A DNA stretch of 63,747 nucleotides, counting the filler, from Octopus bimaculoides (taxonomy: Eukaryota): NCBI RefSeq assembly GCF_001194135.2. It is 6 parts of 6 records of this genome, joined end to end, with 100 filler letters (N's around TTAATTAATTAA, not from the genome) between each part and the next. Parts side by side here need not be neighbours in the genome. Positions count along the whole stretch, not along the records: positions 16,856 to 46,308 come from NC_068984.1; positions 46,409 to 50,596 come from NC_068982.1; 4 more parts are not named here. One strand, 5' to 3'. Position 1 is the first letter of the stretch, and each line of letters starts with the position of its first letter. Positions 36,291-49,990 of this stretch are shown here, in pieces. Under the pieces are notes generated by a model. The model was not told where the DNA came from and did not search any database. It was given only the letters and a program-made list of their open reading frames with translations. Made by a program: the position numbers and the translations under genes.

Positions 36291-36413
36291 GATTCATGTC
36301 CTTTTTAGTGTATATGTTTTCATTCATGCGCGTTAAGTACAGCATTAAAGCATGTTAGCTCTAATTTCTAGCAATGTAGATATTTCTTAACACCCTAGTT
36401 ACAGTTACGTATG

Positions 36414-36491
<78 letters not shown>

Positions 36492-36527
36492 CATATACAC
36501 ATGCATACACACACATATGTATATAGA

Positions 36528-36710
36528 CGCAGGAGTGGCTGTGTAGTAAAAAGCTTGCTTCCCAACCAGGGTCTCACTGGATGGTACCTTGGGCAAGTGT
36601 CTTCTACCATAGCCATGGGCTGAATAAGGCCTTGTGACTGGATTTTGTAGACGGAAGCTGAAAGCAGCCTCTGGTGTGCGCGTGTGTTTTTGTGTGTGTA
36701 TGTGTGTCTG

Positions 36711-36789
<79 letters not shown>

Positions 36790-36995
36790 CTTTGTGCTTG
36801 TGTTTGTCCACTCACCACCGCTTGAGAGCCGGTGTTTGCATGTTCACCTCCCCGTAATTCCGTGTTTCGGTAACAGACACCTATAGAATAAGTATCACGC
36901 TTAAAAAATAATAAGTACTGAAGTAGGCTAAAAATCCATCAAGGCGGTGCTCCAGCATGGTCGCACTCTAGTGAATGAGACAAGTAAATGATAAA
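36528..36995 (+). mobile_element. SINE family D, full length, with internal (TG)n
   Basis: GCAGGAGTGGCTGTG head, central (TG)n and AAGGCGGTGCTCCAGCATGG tail. Confidence 0.85.
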
Positions 36996-36997
36996 AG

Positions 36998-37049
<52 letters not shown>

Positions 37050-37696
37050 GTGGATGTAGACAAGCACGGCCATATCCGTATATACAAGTATATATTCATA
37101 CAATTACAGATATGTGACACATATATATGCAAACAAACGACATAGGTTCTCAGTTAAAAATAACTATACGCAATACACGCTTTTTTTTTTCAGTTGACTA
37201 TCATTATTTCGTGCTTCTACTGCATATCTGAGTGCAGTTACATGTGCCTTTGGGACGCATAGTGTTTCGAATTGGTTTTGTTTGTTTTTTTTTCTTTTTG
37301 TTGTTTCTATTTTTATTTTCTTTTGTAATGTTCGGTTGTACTGAATGTAATCTTCGTAATATGTGTACGAATGCCGAGTAGTGCAATTATCTACGTGGCG
37401 TATTTCTAAGGAAGACAGCAAAGGAATAATAATTAATGATATAGCAAAGTTCAGTTAAAATTATATTTTTTACCATTTGCTCTTGTTCGGAGAGTAATCA
37501 CGTTAAAGAGATAACAAAGTAACGTGGAGGCTCTAAATGCTGTAAGAAGAGTTAAATGGCGAAGGTACTTCCGTCGTTACAATATCTTTAATTCTATGCT
37601 ATTGTCTTCCCTCCTTTCTGTATTACTTGCTTTTGTTTTGAATGGTATACCTCACGCACACGCACACGCACACACACACACACACACACACATACA

Positions 37697-37783
<87 letters not shown>

Positions 37784-38331
37784 GCACAATATACATACAT
37801 ATATGTGTGTGTATAAAACCTCAAGTTTCGTGAATGCATATATAGAGATATATCTGCATATATGTATATATGTACACAAGGTTATTAAAGTGTGTGTAGA
37901 TATGTTTGTGCATGTAATCTCTAAGTATAAGTACAAATTATAGGTCATACTAGTAAGCGGATGCGAAGAAGTTAGGTAATAGTATATCAAATGTGAAGAC
38001 TTGTATAAAACTATCTCTTTACAATAATTCAGATTAGTTGATTCGGTGGATAGCTTACAAAATAGCAGGAAACTCCCTACTTGCAGTTTTACATTAATAA
38101 CTATTATTGTTCGTCATCCCCTCTACTCTCGTATAAGATGCTTGTTTTTACTAGAAAAATTTGTAGTTTAATAGGCTGAGATATATGCACGATTTTAGTA
38201 GCTAAAAATACAACTGATCATATTGCAGGATCATTACTGAACTAGAAAGTTCAGATCAGTTAATTTTTATACTATGGGCTCCTTTAATTCAGCTGAGGTA
38301 ACCGATTAACTTGGATTATTCCCATTGTAAA

Positions 38332-38545
38332 GGCGGCGAGCTGGCAGAATCGTTAGCACGCTGGGCGAAATGCTTTGCGGCACTTCGTCCGTCTTTACGT
38401 TCTAAGTTCAAATTCCACCGAGGTCAACTTTGTTTTTTAACCTTTCGGGGTTCATAAATTCCGTACCAGTTAAGTGCTGGAGTCGATGTAATTAACTTAA
38501 ACCCTTCACAAAAATTTCCGGCATTGTGCCTACACTAAAAATGAT
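38332..38545 (+). mobile_element. SINE family A
   Basis: GGCGGCGAGCTGGCAGAATCGTTAGCACG head and core. Confidence 0.88.
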
Positions 38546-39011
38546 TATTTGTATTATACGAATTAGTTTTAAGAAAATAATTTCTAGCCATAGGCGGACC
38601 ACAATAGCGTGATGACTTTGTTTTACAACCCTTGATTACCATTCCTCTGAACGATTTAGATAATGTCTCATTATAATCCCTATCACGTTTATTAAGAATA
38701 TAGTAATTCTAAATGTTCTTGATGTTACTTTACATTTAATTTTTAGCCTATGTTATCCATTTCTTAAATCTAGTTAAATACTATACCATATAAGTAAAAT
38801 GCCTATCTTAAATTCATCTAATATGATAAATGCGAAAACTAATTTCTGTGTGTCAGTGTGTCACACTTTGAATCCTTCTCTCACTCTTCAACGACACTTC
38901 TACTGTTGATGATGTTTATTAAAAGTAATACTATTAGTGGTGGCAGTGGAAGTGATAATAAGAGAGAGAGAGAAAGAGGGAGAGAGAGAAAGAGAGAGAG
39001 AGAGAAAAAGA

Positions 39012-39122
<111 letters not shown>

Positions 39123-40034
39123 TGGGTATGTGAGGGAAAGAGGGACTGAACATTAAATTCATTTTCTTAGTAATACCACCATCACTACCACATCTGCTAT
39201 ACATACACCATTCAGACTTCTGACGCCACCACCATCAATATCTTTGACGTTGCCGTCTCCACCATCACCACTGTCTTTCACATCGCTTACTCTCACCGTC
39301 AATTCTAACCGCCTCGACTACCACCACCACCACCACCATCCTCACCACCGCAAACGCCTCTATCACAACTATAGCTCATACTATTACTATCACCCCATTA
39401 CCATTACAAAAAGACTGAACGGTGTGTGTTTGGTAGATGTGGTGGCGATGGCGGTGGTACTGATGTTTATCATGCAGCTTTGCAATAAGTCCCAAATTAT
39501 ACCATTGCTTTTGATGAAAATTGTTTATTGCTTAAAAAAATTGTTCAAGTTAAATAAAATTTTATATGCACTCAATGCAAGAAGCATCATTGTTGGGCTC
39601 AACGCCTAATGAAGAGCGCTCCCCATGAGCTAGCTTAAAAACCGCTCTATCGTTGGGCTTTTAAGCTAGTAATTAATAAAACTAATCAGAAATATCGCAA
39701 ACTGAGCCTTGAATCTATTTACTAATAGTAGAATTATGATAATGCTTCCTTTGTTAAAAAAAAAAAAAAAAGCCTTGATAAAAAGTGGGTATGAGAACAC
39801 CAAAACTGAATCACCCACTTAAATAAATGTCTCTTTAGGCACAGAAATTCCTCGATAACAAGAAATAATTTCTGTAATTCAAAACCTCCAATTGTAATAG
39901 CTTACTCAGTAAAAATGTGAATACTATTGTAACAGAATAAGGAAGCACGCTAGTAAATAATTAAGAAAAAACGTAATAATGATCGAGAGAGTTCATTGAT
40001 TAGTAACATCAATATTACAAATTATCCTTTCTAC

Positions 40035-40245
40035 AATAGAGACAAGGCCTGAAATTTGGGGGAAGGGGACTAGTCGATAACATGGACCCCAATGCTTCAC
40101 TGGTACCTAATTTATCGAACCCGAAAGGGTGAAAGGCAAAGTTGACCTCGGTAGCCTCAGAACGTCGACCTCAGAACGTGAGACAGACGAAATACCGCTA
40201 AGCATTTCGCCCGGCGTGCTAACGATCCTGCCAGCTCGCCGCCTT
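40035..40245 (-). mobile_element. SINE family A
   Basis: Reverse complement of the family A consensus, with a small internal duplication (CCTCAGAACGT x2). Confidence 0.88.
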
Positions 40246-41059
40246 CAATATTACAAATAATACTAAGTATAAACATAAAGTAAGAACATTTCCAGCTGCT
40301 CATAACAATAATACTAATAACAAGATTAATGATAGTAGACATGACAGACACTCTGTTGTTAATTCCAGAAGATTCAATTACTTCACCGAATCTAGTCGAG
40401 TTGGTAGCAAGATAACTAAACACCCTTCGGTGCAGAACCGATGATTACACTTATGTTACTTCTACAAATCATATTCTAGTAATACATGATTATAGGAAAT
40501 ATAGGAGTAGAAATATCGCATGGTATAATCTTCCATTCTCCGTACAGGAAAAGACACGCGTGCCGAAACATTTCTTTAAAATTCTTACCACCATTTCAAC
40601 TAATAATTCTACTCTACTATTCCATCGTTGTTGATAAAATATCGGCATCTGTTCATCGTAAACTAAAAAATAATATAAGTAATGTTTTGCTAGTTCTGTA
40701 TCAAACTCAGAATTTTCATATACGAGAATTTTGGCTAAGCTACTAAACCAAATATGAATACGTTTTTATTAATGGAAACGTTGAATAATGAAATAACCAT
40801 TCAGTCTCAGATTATAATAATATTAACAACGTCTGTCATAGTGAAAAACCAAATAATAATTTCCTGAATGGCACCAAACATACACAAGTCTGGAAAGTAA
40901 ACAGTACTCTAATGATAATTAATCCAATAAGAATAAGTCGTTATTGGATTGTTTATTATTAAACAAGTTGCTGATGACAAACCTGTCAAAAGCAAGAGCG
41001 TAATAATGTAATATATAAATGTTCAGTACGAACTCATAATTTCATATATATATACCGGT

Positions 41060-41250
41060 TTCAAAATTTCGTGGGTGGGGATAAGTCGATTTTATCGGCC
41101 CCCGTGCTCAACTGACACTTATCTCACCGACCCTGAAAGGATGACAGACGAAGTCGACCTCAACGGAATTTGAACGAAATGCCGCTGAAGATGGATGAAA
41201 TGCCGTTAAGCATTTTTTCTGAAGTACTTACAATTCTGCAATCTAGCTGC
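41060..41250 (-). mobile_element. SINE family A (diverged)
   Basis: Reverse complement of the core GTCGACTT...TCATCCTTTCAGGGTCGG. Confidence 0.75.
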
Positions 41251-41461
41251 TTTGATTTGTGCATATATTAAATAGGCTCCGGCGCATCTTAAAGATTTTA
41301 ATGACCCCGTCAGTCGCTCACTAATGAAAAATTTTACCTTACGAAGTGAAACTCCTTCGCTGAAAATATATTCAGTCTAAAATCCAAAGGTAATAATTTA
41401 CTACTGAAAATGGCCTACTTTAAATTCTGCTAAAGTGTCCACCGGAAATAGGAAGAATTAC

Positions 41462-41474
41462 CTTCTTCATACAT
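41462..41474 (-). CDS. Candidate first coding exon (MYEE-E)
   Basis: ACC-ATG-TAT-GAA-GAA-G|GTAATT. Phase 1 gives MYEEELENTFD..., and there is an in-frame TAG upstream. Confidence 0.35.
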
Positions 41475-42007
41475 GGTAAGCACGAAAGTTATTAAGAGCT
41501 AGGCATAAATTTTCTCCAAATTTTAACAATTTTATTATAGGAAATAAACACAGGTTAAACAATGAAAAATCTAAAAAAATTTCATAGTGATGATAGTTAA
41601 AAAAGAAATAGAAACCAAATTACGATTAGCTCTCTCAGGGTAGGAGAAATTAAGTATGATATAATTCCATGTATTTTCGAATTATGTTTGCTTTATGAGT
41701 AATTTATTTCAATTTCTGTTAAATTAATTTTATCTTATAACATTCTGGTTTTAGTTATTTGCAATAGTTCTTTTATTATAACATATCTGGTTTAATTCAT
41801 ACTTAATATTTTGTACCTAGTATATTTCTGTGCTTATATTGTGTGTGTATATATATGGTGGTTGTCTACTCCTTACACAGAGTTTGACCACCTCCTGCAC
41901 CTACACCTTAGCCCTTTCATGGCGTCTGATGTGGCTTTTTAAACCAGACAATGTTTTGAAAAAATACCCACACAGATTGCACCTCTGATTTGCACTACCA
42001 ATACCTG

Positions 42008-42170
42008 CAGGTATTTCGTCTGTCTTTATGTTCTGAGTTCAAATTCCGCCGAGGTCGACTTTGCTTTTTGGGGTCAATAAATTAAGTACCAGTAGCTTAA
42101 TGGGGTCGAGCTAATCGACTGGCCTACTCCCAAAATATTTCGGGCCTTGTGCCTAGAGTAGAAAAGAAAT
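42008..42170 (+). mobile_element. SINE family A (5'-truncated)
   Basis: GTTCTGAGTTCAAATTCCGCCGAGGTCGACTTTG core. Confidence 0.85.
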
Positions 42171-42784
42171 TCGTCAGACATANNNNNNNNNNNNNNNNNN
42201 NNNNNNNNNNNNNNNNNNNNNNNNNNNNNNNNNNNNNNNNNNNNNNNNNNNNNNNNNNNNNNNNNNNNNNNNNNNNNNNNNNNNNNNNNNNNNNNNNNNN
42301 NNNNNNNNNNNNNNNNNNNNNNNNNNNNNNNNNNNNNNNNNNNNNNNNNNNNNNNNNNNNNNNNNNNNNNNNNNNNNNNNNNNNNNNNNNNNNNNNNNNN
42401 NNNNNNNNNNNNNNNNNNNNNNNNNNNNNNNNNNNNNNNNNNNNNNNNNNNNNNNNNNNNNNNNNNNNNNNNNNNNNNNNNNNNNNNNNNNNNNNNNNNN
42501 NNNNNNNNNNNNNNNNNNNNNNNNNNNNNNNNNNNNNNNNNNNNNNNNNNNNNNNNNNNNNNNNNNNNNNNNNNNNNNNNNNNNNNNNNNNNNNNNNNNN
42601 NNNNNNNNNNNNNNNNNNNNNNNNNNNNNNNNNNNNNNNNNNNNNNNNNNNNNNNNNNNNNNNNNNNNNNNNNNNNNNNNNNNNNNNNNNNNNNNNNNNN
42701 NNNNNNNNNNNNNNNNNNNNNNNNNNNNNNNNNNNNNNNNNNNNNNNNNNNNNNNNNNNNNNNNNNNNNNNNNNNNNNNNNNNN

Positions 42785-42822
<38 letters not shown>

Positions 42823-42939
42823 CGTAATAAAAACAGCTGTTTGCAACGTTGTACTGTAAAAGAAAATTATAGTCGTCAACTTAACTTGAGTAAGGGTGTG
42901 AATAGTTATTCACACCCTTTGTCAAGTTTAGTTCACGAC

Positions 42940-43130
42940 TATATGTACATATATATATGGGAGAATTTACGAAAAGAAACAACAACAGACGAGGACAGGT
43001 GGTGTAAACAACAAAAGGATGTATTAGTTTAACGCTCGGGAATAGAGAAAGTCTTTAACGTTTCGAGCTACGCTCTTCAACAGAAAGAATAAGAAGAACA
43101 AAGAGAAAAACACGGAGAAAAAAAATTTGA
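42940..43130 (-). repeat. H3 repeat with minimal hammerhead-like motif (43052-43088, A6U)
   Basis: UCUUU-CUGUUGA-A-GAGC gua GCUC-GAAA-CG-UU-AAAGA. Confidence 0.7.
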
Positions 43131-43149
43131 ATATATATATATGTATGTA

Positions 43150-43345
43150 TTTATGTGTGTGTTTGTCTCTGTGTCTGTGTTTGTACCCCCACCACCATCG
43201 CTTACACGGTGGTATGTTTACAATCCTGTAACTTAGTGATTCGGCAAGGCAGACCGATAGAATAAGTACTGGGGTTGATTTCTTCGACTAAAAACCTTTA
43301 AGGCGGCGTTCCATCATTGCTGCAGTCAAATAACAGAAACAAGAA
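43150..43345 (+). mobile_element. SINE family D 3' half
   Basis: TGTTTGTACCCCCACCACCATCGC...CCGATAGAATAAGTAC...AAGGCGGCGTTCCATCATTGCTGCAGTCAAAT. Confidence 0.75.
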
Positions 43346-44052
43346 AAAGAACAAAAGATATCGTGGTGCAGACCAGAAAAATAAGACTCAAAATACGAGT
43401 ATGTGTATATTTTTATTGATTTTTAGCGGAAGCAACAGATTGACTCAAGGTCAGAGTGACGCACGAAACTCAGATCTTGAGTCACTGTGCTACTTCCGCT
43501 AAACATTATATGTATATATATGTGTGTGTGTGTGTTTTCTCTCTCTCTCTCTTTCTTCTAGCATTTCTCTTTACAAAAAAAAATGTTTCTCACAGTATTC
43601 ACTATTTTCCTCTCGCTCTGGTCTAATGACCCACCATGTTTGTTTTCGTTCGGTTTCCTTGTATGATTCCACTGTCATGTTTATATCCGCAACTTTCACC
43701 CTCCATAAATCCTAAATTTTATTTTAGAATTTAAGGGAGCAACTGTCTTTGAAGACTCATATTGTTATTGAATGCTCAAAATGAGGAGTAAATAGACAGC
43801 CGACAACTGATGAAGGGTCCTTCCTCTATGTTTACTTGGCCTATTTTCCATTTTTTCTCGTTGTTTTCTCGTTGTTTACGTTTTACTCCATTTATTAAAT
43901 TTGTATATCTACTCAAGTACCCAAAATAACAAGGAGTTTCTACCTCATAAACAGGAGTTACACCACAGTCATTTTGTGATCTTTGCTACCCTGGTATCTA
44001 TTAACCAATTTATTTTGTCGGAGTTAATTATTAACTTAGAGAAAATAAATAC

Positions 44053-44100
<48 letters not shown>

Positions 44101-44462
44101 NNNNNNNNNNNNNNNNNNNNNNNNNNNNNNNNNNNNNNNNNNNNNNNNNTATATATATATATATATCTGTATGTATATACATAGGCATGCAAATGTGTGT
44201 GTGTATAAATTATCGTTTGCTGAAACTTGTATTTGTGTTTTAGTTCATATATATTTGTGGAAGACGATGAGAGACGTGACGTATAACGCTCCGGGACGAC
44301 TTGATAGTGATTGGTCTCGTCCCAAGTGGAAATAAGAAAAAAGTGAATAATCAGAATATTTGGAGAAGATTTGTTGCCCGTTGTACTGACAACACTGGAC
44401 GATCTAANNNNNNNNNNNNNNNNNNNNNNNNNNNNNNNNNNNNNNNNNNNNNNNNNNNNNNN

Positions 44463-44508
<46 letters not shown>

Positions 44509-46408
44509 TTGTTTTCATTTTCATATACATACTTATATAGGTTTTGCTCCATCACGTCTCTGCTTGGTTGTATTTGACTCAAATCACACATGCCCTGACA
44601 CTGATTTCATCTTGTATTCTTCTCAAATGGGTTTGATAGAATCAGCCACATCCTAGAAAAATGTTTAAATTACTGCAAATGCTGTGTCCCGATATGACCA
44701 CAGTGCAGTGATTAAAGCTAGAAAGAGGACAATAAATAACTAGTAGAAACCGATGAATATTTCACCGCGGTTATTTTGTGCATTATGAAAAACATGATTT
44801 TATTTCAAACTGTATTTTTCTTGAAGTGATTGACTCTGGAAATATCATATGTTCCCTATACGTAGTATTACGAAAGCAGTCTTAGGCGAGAACATTTTAG
44901 AAAACAATATTGTTTGTTATATATTACTCATCTTGTCTACCAGAAGAATTGTCTGTAATTTTTATCGCTACATTAAACTCAAAAATAGATTGATACAAAA
45001 GGCGTAATCCGTTTGTAATATACTTCTACACCAAGATGATGTAGGTCATGCTCTAACAGTTCTTAAAACGCTGTACTACACCCATGTTTTTACATTGTAA
45101 ATGTGCATATAACTAAATTTGAACTCATAACCCACGTGAACAAAGTACATTAACTGCATCTCATAGTTATGTATCCTTAGAATAGATCAGCACACACACA
45201 GATATGTTTGTATGTATATTTACATATATATGCATACACGCACACACACATGCACACAAACACATATCATACTTCACTTACAGTATCTATTTATCAGTCA
45301 AGTGTCTTACATGTAATATAAAATTTAGTAGTCTAAGATAGATTACGCTTTCGATTTTATTCATTCAATAGTCAGAGCGTTACATATGGAGTCCGTAGTA
45401 CAAAAAAAAATATTATAGATAAGAGTAACAGTAAAAAAAAAAACAAACGATAAATATAATGTAGACAAGGGTGATATGCCAGCAACAACAGTGGCAACGG
45501 CGACTGTGGTGACTCCGTCAGCAAAGCAGTAAAGATAACAGTAATAATGAAAATGAAATCAACAGCAGACATATGTAAAACCCATTGGAGCACAGATACA
45601 ATTGGTCTAAGAAGTAGATAGAAAACAGTCAAACATGAACAGACAAAAAAAATATTACTTCCAAAACAAGTGTGACGATATGGCGATAAACGAAAATTGC
45701 GTTAAAATGTCTCTATCATATAAGACAACTTGAAAGCCTGCTGGCTGTTATCATATTTTGGCTGAAGCAGAAGATCACATAATTGGCATAATTCAAATTG
45801 TAGATATTTTATAATTACAGAGGTCTCTCGGCTGAACTGAAGAACGTCTGTTCTGCTCTGCAAGATACGGCGGCCATATCTCCCTCAAAAATAACCAACA
45901 CAAGACCCTGAGTTTAACGCTCAGCTAATTTTTACCATCTACTTCCTTCTCTTGGGAACAAAAACGACGTCTAGAAAGGACACATGAGAGGATGCGGTTC
46001 TATTTCAGTCCTAATAAAGCCTGTAAATAGTCACATATCACTGTTAAAGGTAGCAGCTAAATCGCCTTTAAATTACATGCGACTGTATTGAGAAGAGCGG
46101 GTCACATTGGTTAATGTAAACCTAGAAACGCAGCTGCCGAAAAAAAGACTGTGCTCCTTGTCGGAATATTTTGGTTGTAGGGAAAATATGAAGTCAGTTG
46201 AACCAATTCTTACACTAATTTATGTCCATACAGTTGTCCACTGTCGGGTCACGCTATGAAAAAGTTAAAAGATAAATGTTTCCGGTAAGTTTTGAAATCA
46301 GAGCGTGANNNNNNNNNNNNNNNNNNNNNNNNNNNNNNNNNNNNNNNNNNNNTTAATTAATTAANNNNNNNNNNNNNNNNNNNNNNNNNNNNNNNNNNNN
46401 NNNNNNNN

Positions 46409-46456
<48 letters not shown>

Positions 46457-47362
46457 CTTTAAATCTCTGCCAGTGATTATATTATGATTATTATGTTGTT
46501 TTTATAATCCGTTTCGTTTCAACTTTGATCCTGTTTACTACATACACAGCTTTAGGAAATGACTCCTTCACGGTCCTCTGTCAATTTGTGTTTATCTATG
46601 ATGTTATGTTTGTCTCCGTGCGTGAATATATAAAATTAATTTATCAACATTTGTAACTTATATATTTTATGTGTGTATCCATACAGTGGTTGTGTATGTG
46701 TGTGTATTTGTGTGTATGTGTGTGTTTGCGTGTGTGTATTTTGTTTATGTGAAGGTGCCGACTGCTTTGTCAATTTGTCAACTAGTGTTTAGTTCGAATG
46801 TTACGTGTTATTTATTATAACGTAACTTACGTGTAATGCGATTTTAGCTCATCCTGTCTGTCCTCTGAGACTTAGCATACATAATAAGTGTTTCAAGTTT
46901 TAAAATCGTGCATAATCAGCAATTAAATATCAACTATAAAAAAATTAACGAAATTAACGAATAAAGAATTAAAAAGTATATTATTAGGTATTTCTTAACG
47001 TTTTCTTTTTTTGTTTCTTCGATATGTTTTCTAACTAAATTATTTTTTTATCCTTTAAGGAAATAGTTTGTGATGTATGAGTTAAGACGTATCACAAGAC
47101 CTGTCACAGAAAAATTAAATAATGTACGCGTGCATGTGTGCGTGAGTGCGCACGTGCGCGTGTGCGTGTGTGTGCGTGTGTGTGTGCGTAAAACTCAAGT
47201 GATTCGGTTAGCACTAATAGGAAACTGTAGATAACATACATACAACTAAAATAGCAACAACAGCTATTAGCAACAACAGCCAACAATTGTGGCAACATCA
47301 ACAGCAAAGGTGATGACAGTTAACAGTATTAACAGTAGAGAACATATCTACTCGCATTAGGA

Positions 47363-47431
<69 letters not shown>

Positions 47432-47907
47432 CAGTAGTAGTAGTAAGCGGAAAAGAAAGAGAAAATTAAAGAAATCAAACGAGAGAGAGCGACTGGGTAT
47501 GTCCGTGATTAAGTGCCGGGTGGCGATTGCTTAATTCTGTTATTGTCATTGTTATTGTAGCTGTTGTTGTTGTTGTTGTTGTTATTGCTGCTGCTGATGG
47601 TGATGATGATGTTGACTTTGATGATAATGTTCTAAATAAATCTTATGAATTATCATTGCTTTGTTGCTGTTGCATCTTTGATCAACTTGTTTCCACAATT
47701 GTTGCTTCAGTTTTTAACTCTTTTCCTTTCTTCATTCTTCTTCTTCTTCTTCTTCTTCTGCTGCTGCTGCTGCTGTAGTCGGTGTTGTTGTTGTTGTTGT
47801 TGGTAGTGGTGGTGGTGGTGGTGATGGTGTTTATGATACTGATATGATCATTGCTGTTTATGTTATAATGTATCATCAATCTACGTACCTCTGCCTCGGT
47901 GGGGCCT

Positions 47908-47944
<37 letters not shown>

Positions 47945-47964
47945 TATACTTATATGTATGTATG

Positions 47965-48019
<55 letters not shown>

Positions 48020-48458
48020 NNNNNNNNNNNNNNNNNNNNNNNNNNNNNNNNNNNNNNNNNNNNNNNNNNNNNNNNNNNNNNNNNNNNNNNNNNNNNNNNN
48101 NNNNNNNNNNNNNNNNNNNNNNNNNNNNNNNNNNNNNNNNNNNNNNNNNNNNNNNNNNNNNNNNNNNNNNNNNNNNNNNNNNNNNNNNNNNNNNNNNNNN
48201 NNNNNNNNNNNNNNNNNNNNNNNNNNNNNNNNNNNNNNNNNNNNNNNNNNNNNNNNNNNNNNNNNNNNNNNNNNNNNNNNNNNNNNNNNNNNNNNNNNNN
48301 NNNNNNNNNNNNNNNNNNNNNNNNNNNNNNNNNNNNNNNNNNNNNNNNNNNNNNNNNNNNNNNNNNNNNNNNNNNNNNNNNNNNTATATATATATATATA
48401 TATATATATATAAGTATGTATGTAGGTAGGTAGGTAGATAGATAGATAGATAAATAGG

Positions 48459-48518
<60 letters not shown>

Positions 48519-49952
48519 GGTTTAAGACCGAGATATTTCACAGTGAGATCAGTATATCAGTATATCGTATATCACCACCAGTGTATCATAATCCCAGTAT
48601 TTGATATTAAAGTATCACTGCAAAGTAATCAGGTTGGAAGAAGCTTTGACATTGCACTTGTCTTGTAACCATGATAAATGTCTATGCAAAGCACACACAT
48701 ACAAATAGACAAGAATACTCTCTCACACACACATTGGTATACATGACACATGCATATATATATATATATATATATACACACAAACAGTGGTGATCTAGAG
48801 TGAAGTGAGGAAAGGGTAAAGTCTATGTGTATGGAGAGTGAATGAGGGGGGTGAAAAGAAGGGAGGAAGTAGAAAGTAAGAGAGAGAGAGAGTGAGAAAG
48901 AAGGAGGTTTGGGAAGAGGGAAAAAGTTAATTGCTAGTGTTAATGGTGGCAAATGACGTTTGTGGGTGTGATATGAAAGTTGGCTATGTAATATCAAGGT
49001 ATTATAGCGGTGGCGGCGGTACTGGTGGTGGTGGCGGTGGTGGTGGCTTTGTTGGTGGTGGTGGCGGTGTTGGTGGTGGTAGCGATGGTAGTGGTAGTAG
49101 TGGCGGGGATGATGGTGCTAGTGGAGGTAGTAGTAGTAGTAGTAGCGATTGTGGTGAGTTGCTATTGTTGTTTAGCCATAGGTCAGTTGCGATCGATGAG
49201 ATGATGATGTATGATCAAAAGAAACTTCGGCCGGCCGTGACCATCTCGTCATTTTTGGTCGAACCACATTATCTCAGTTGTGCCCTTGATACTGAGGGAT
49301 ATTTTGGCTGCAGTTTCTAGCAGGTGACTGCTGGTAGTGACTAGTAGCATTGATGCTGGTGGGGATAATAAATGATAACAGAGATGAGACGCGGCTTTCG
49401 TGGTGGTGGTGGTGGTGGTGGCGGTTGTAGTGGTAAGTCGGTGGTAGTGGTGGTGACGATGGTGGTTGTAATGGAAACGGTAATGGTAGTGGTGACTGGT
49501 GATGGTATGAGTGAAAGGTTTCGGTTGTAGTGGTGAGTAATAGTAGTTGTGGTGAGTATTAGTGGGGGTGAGTAGTAGTAGTGGTGGTGGTGGTGGTGGT
49601 AGTGAAGCAGGTGAGTTCTATAAGNNNNNNNNNNNNNNNNNNNNNNNNNNNNNNNNNNNNNNNNNNNNNNNNNNNNNNNNNNNNNNNNNNNNNNNNNNNN
49701 NNNNNNNNNNNNNNNNNNNNNNNNNNNNNNNNNNNNNNNNNNNNNNNNNNNNNNNNNNNNNNNNNNNNNNNNNNNNNNNNNNNNNNNNNNNNNNNNNNNN
49801 NNNNNNNNNNNNNNNNNNAAAAGGGTGGTGGTGGTGATGGTGGTGGTGGTGGCGGTGATGTGATGGCGGTGGTGATAGGTGGTACAGTCACGGGTGGAAG
49901 TAATCGAAGAACAGAGTGGGAGGAGTGAGTGGTGGAGAGGGAACGAAAGGCG

Positions 49953-49990
<38 letters not shown>

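Larger units (their letters stand above)
35465..36403. mobile_element. Candidate non-LTR retrozyme / PLE-type non-autonomous element (family H1)
   Basis: A 355-bp unit is repeated about 1.7 times on the minus strand (35465-36060), followed by one near-complete inverted unit (36078-36403). Each unit carries a type I HHR. Confidence 0.85.
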
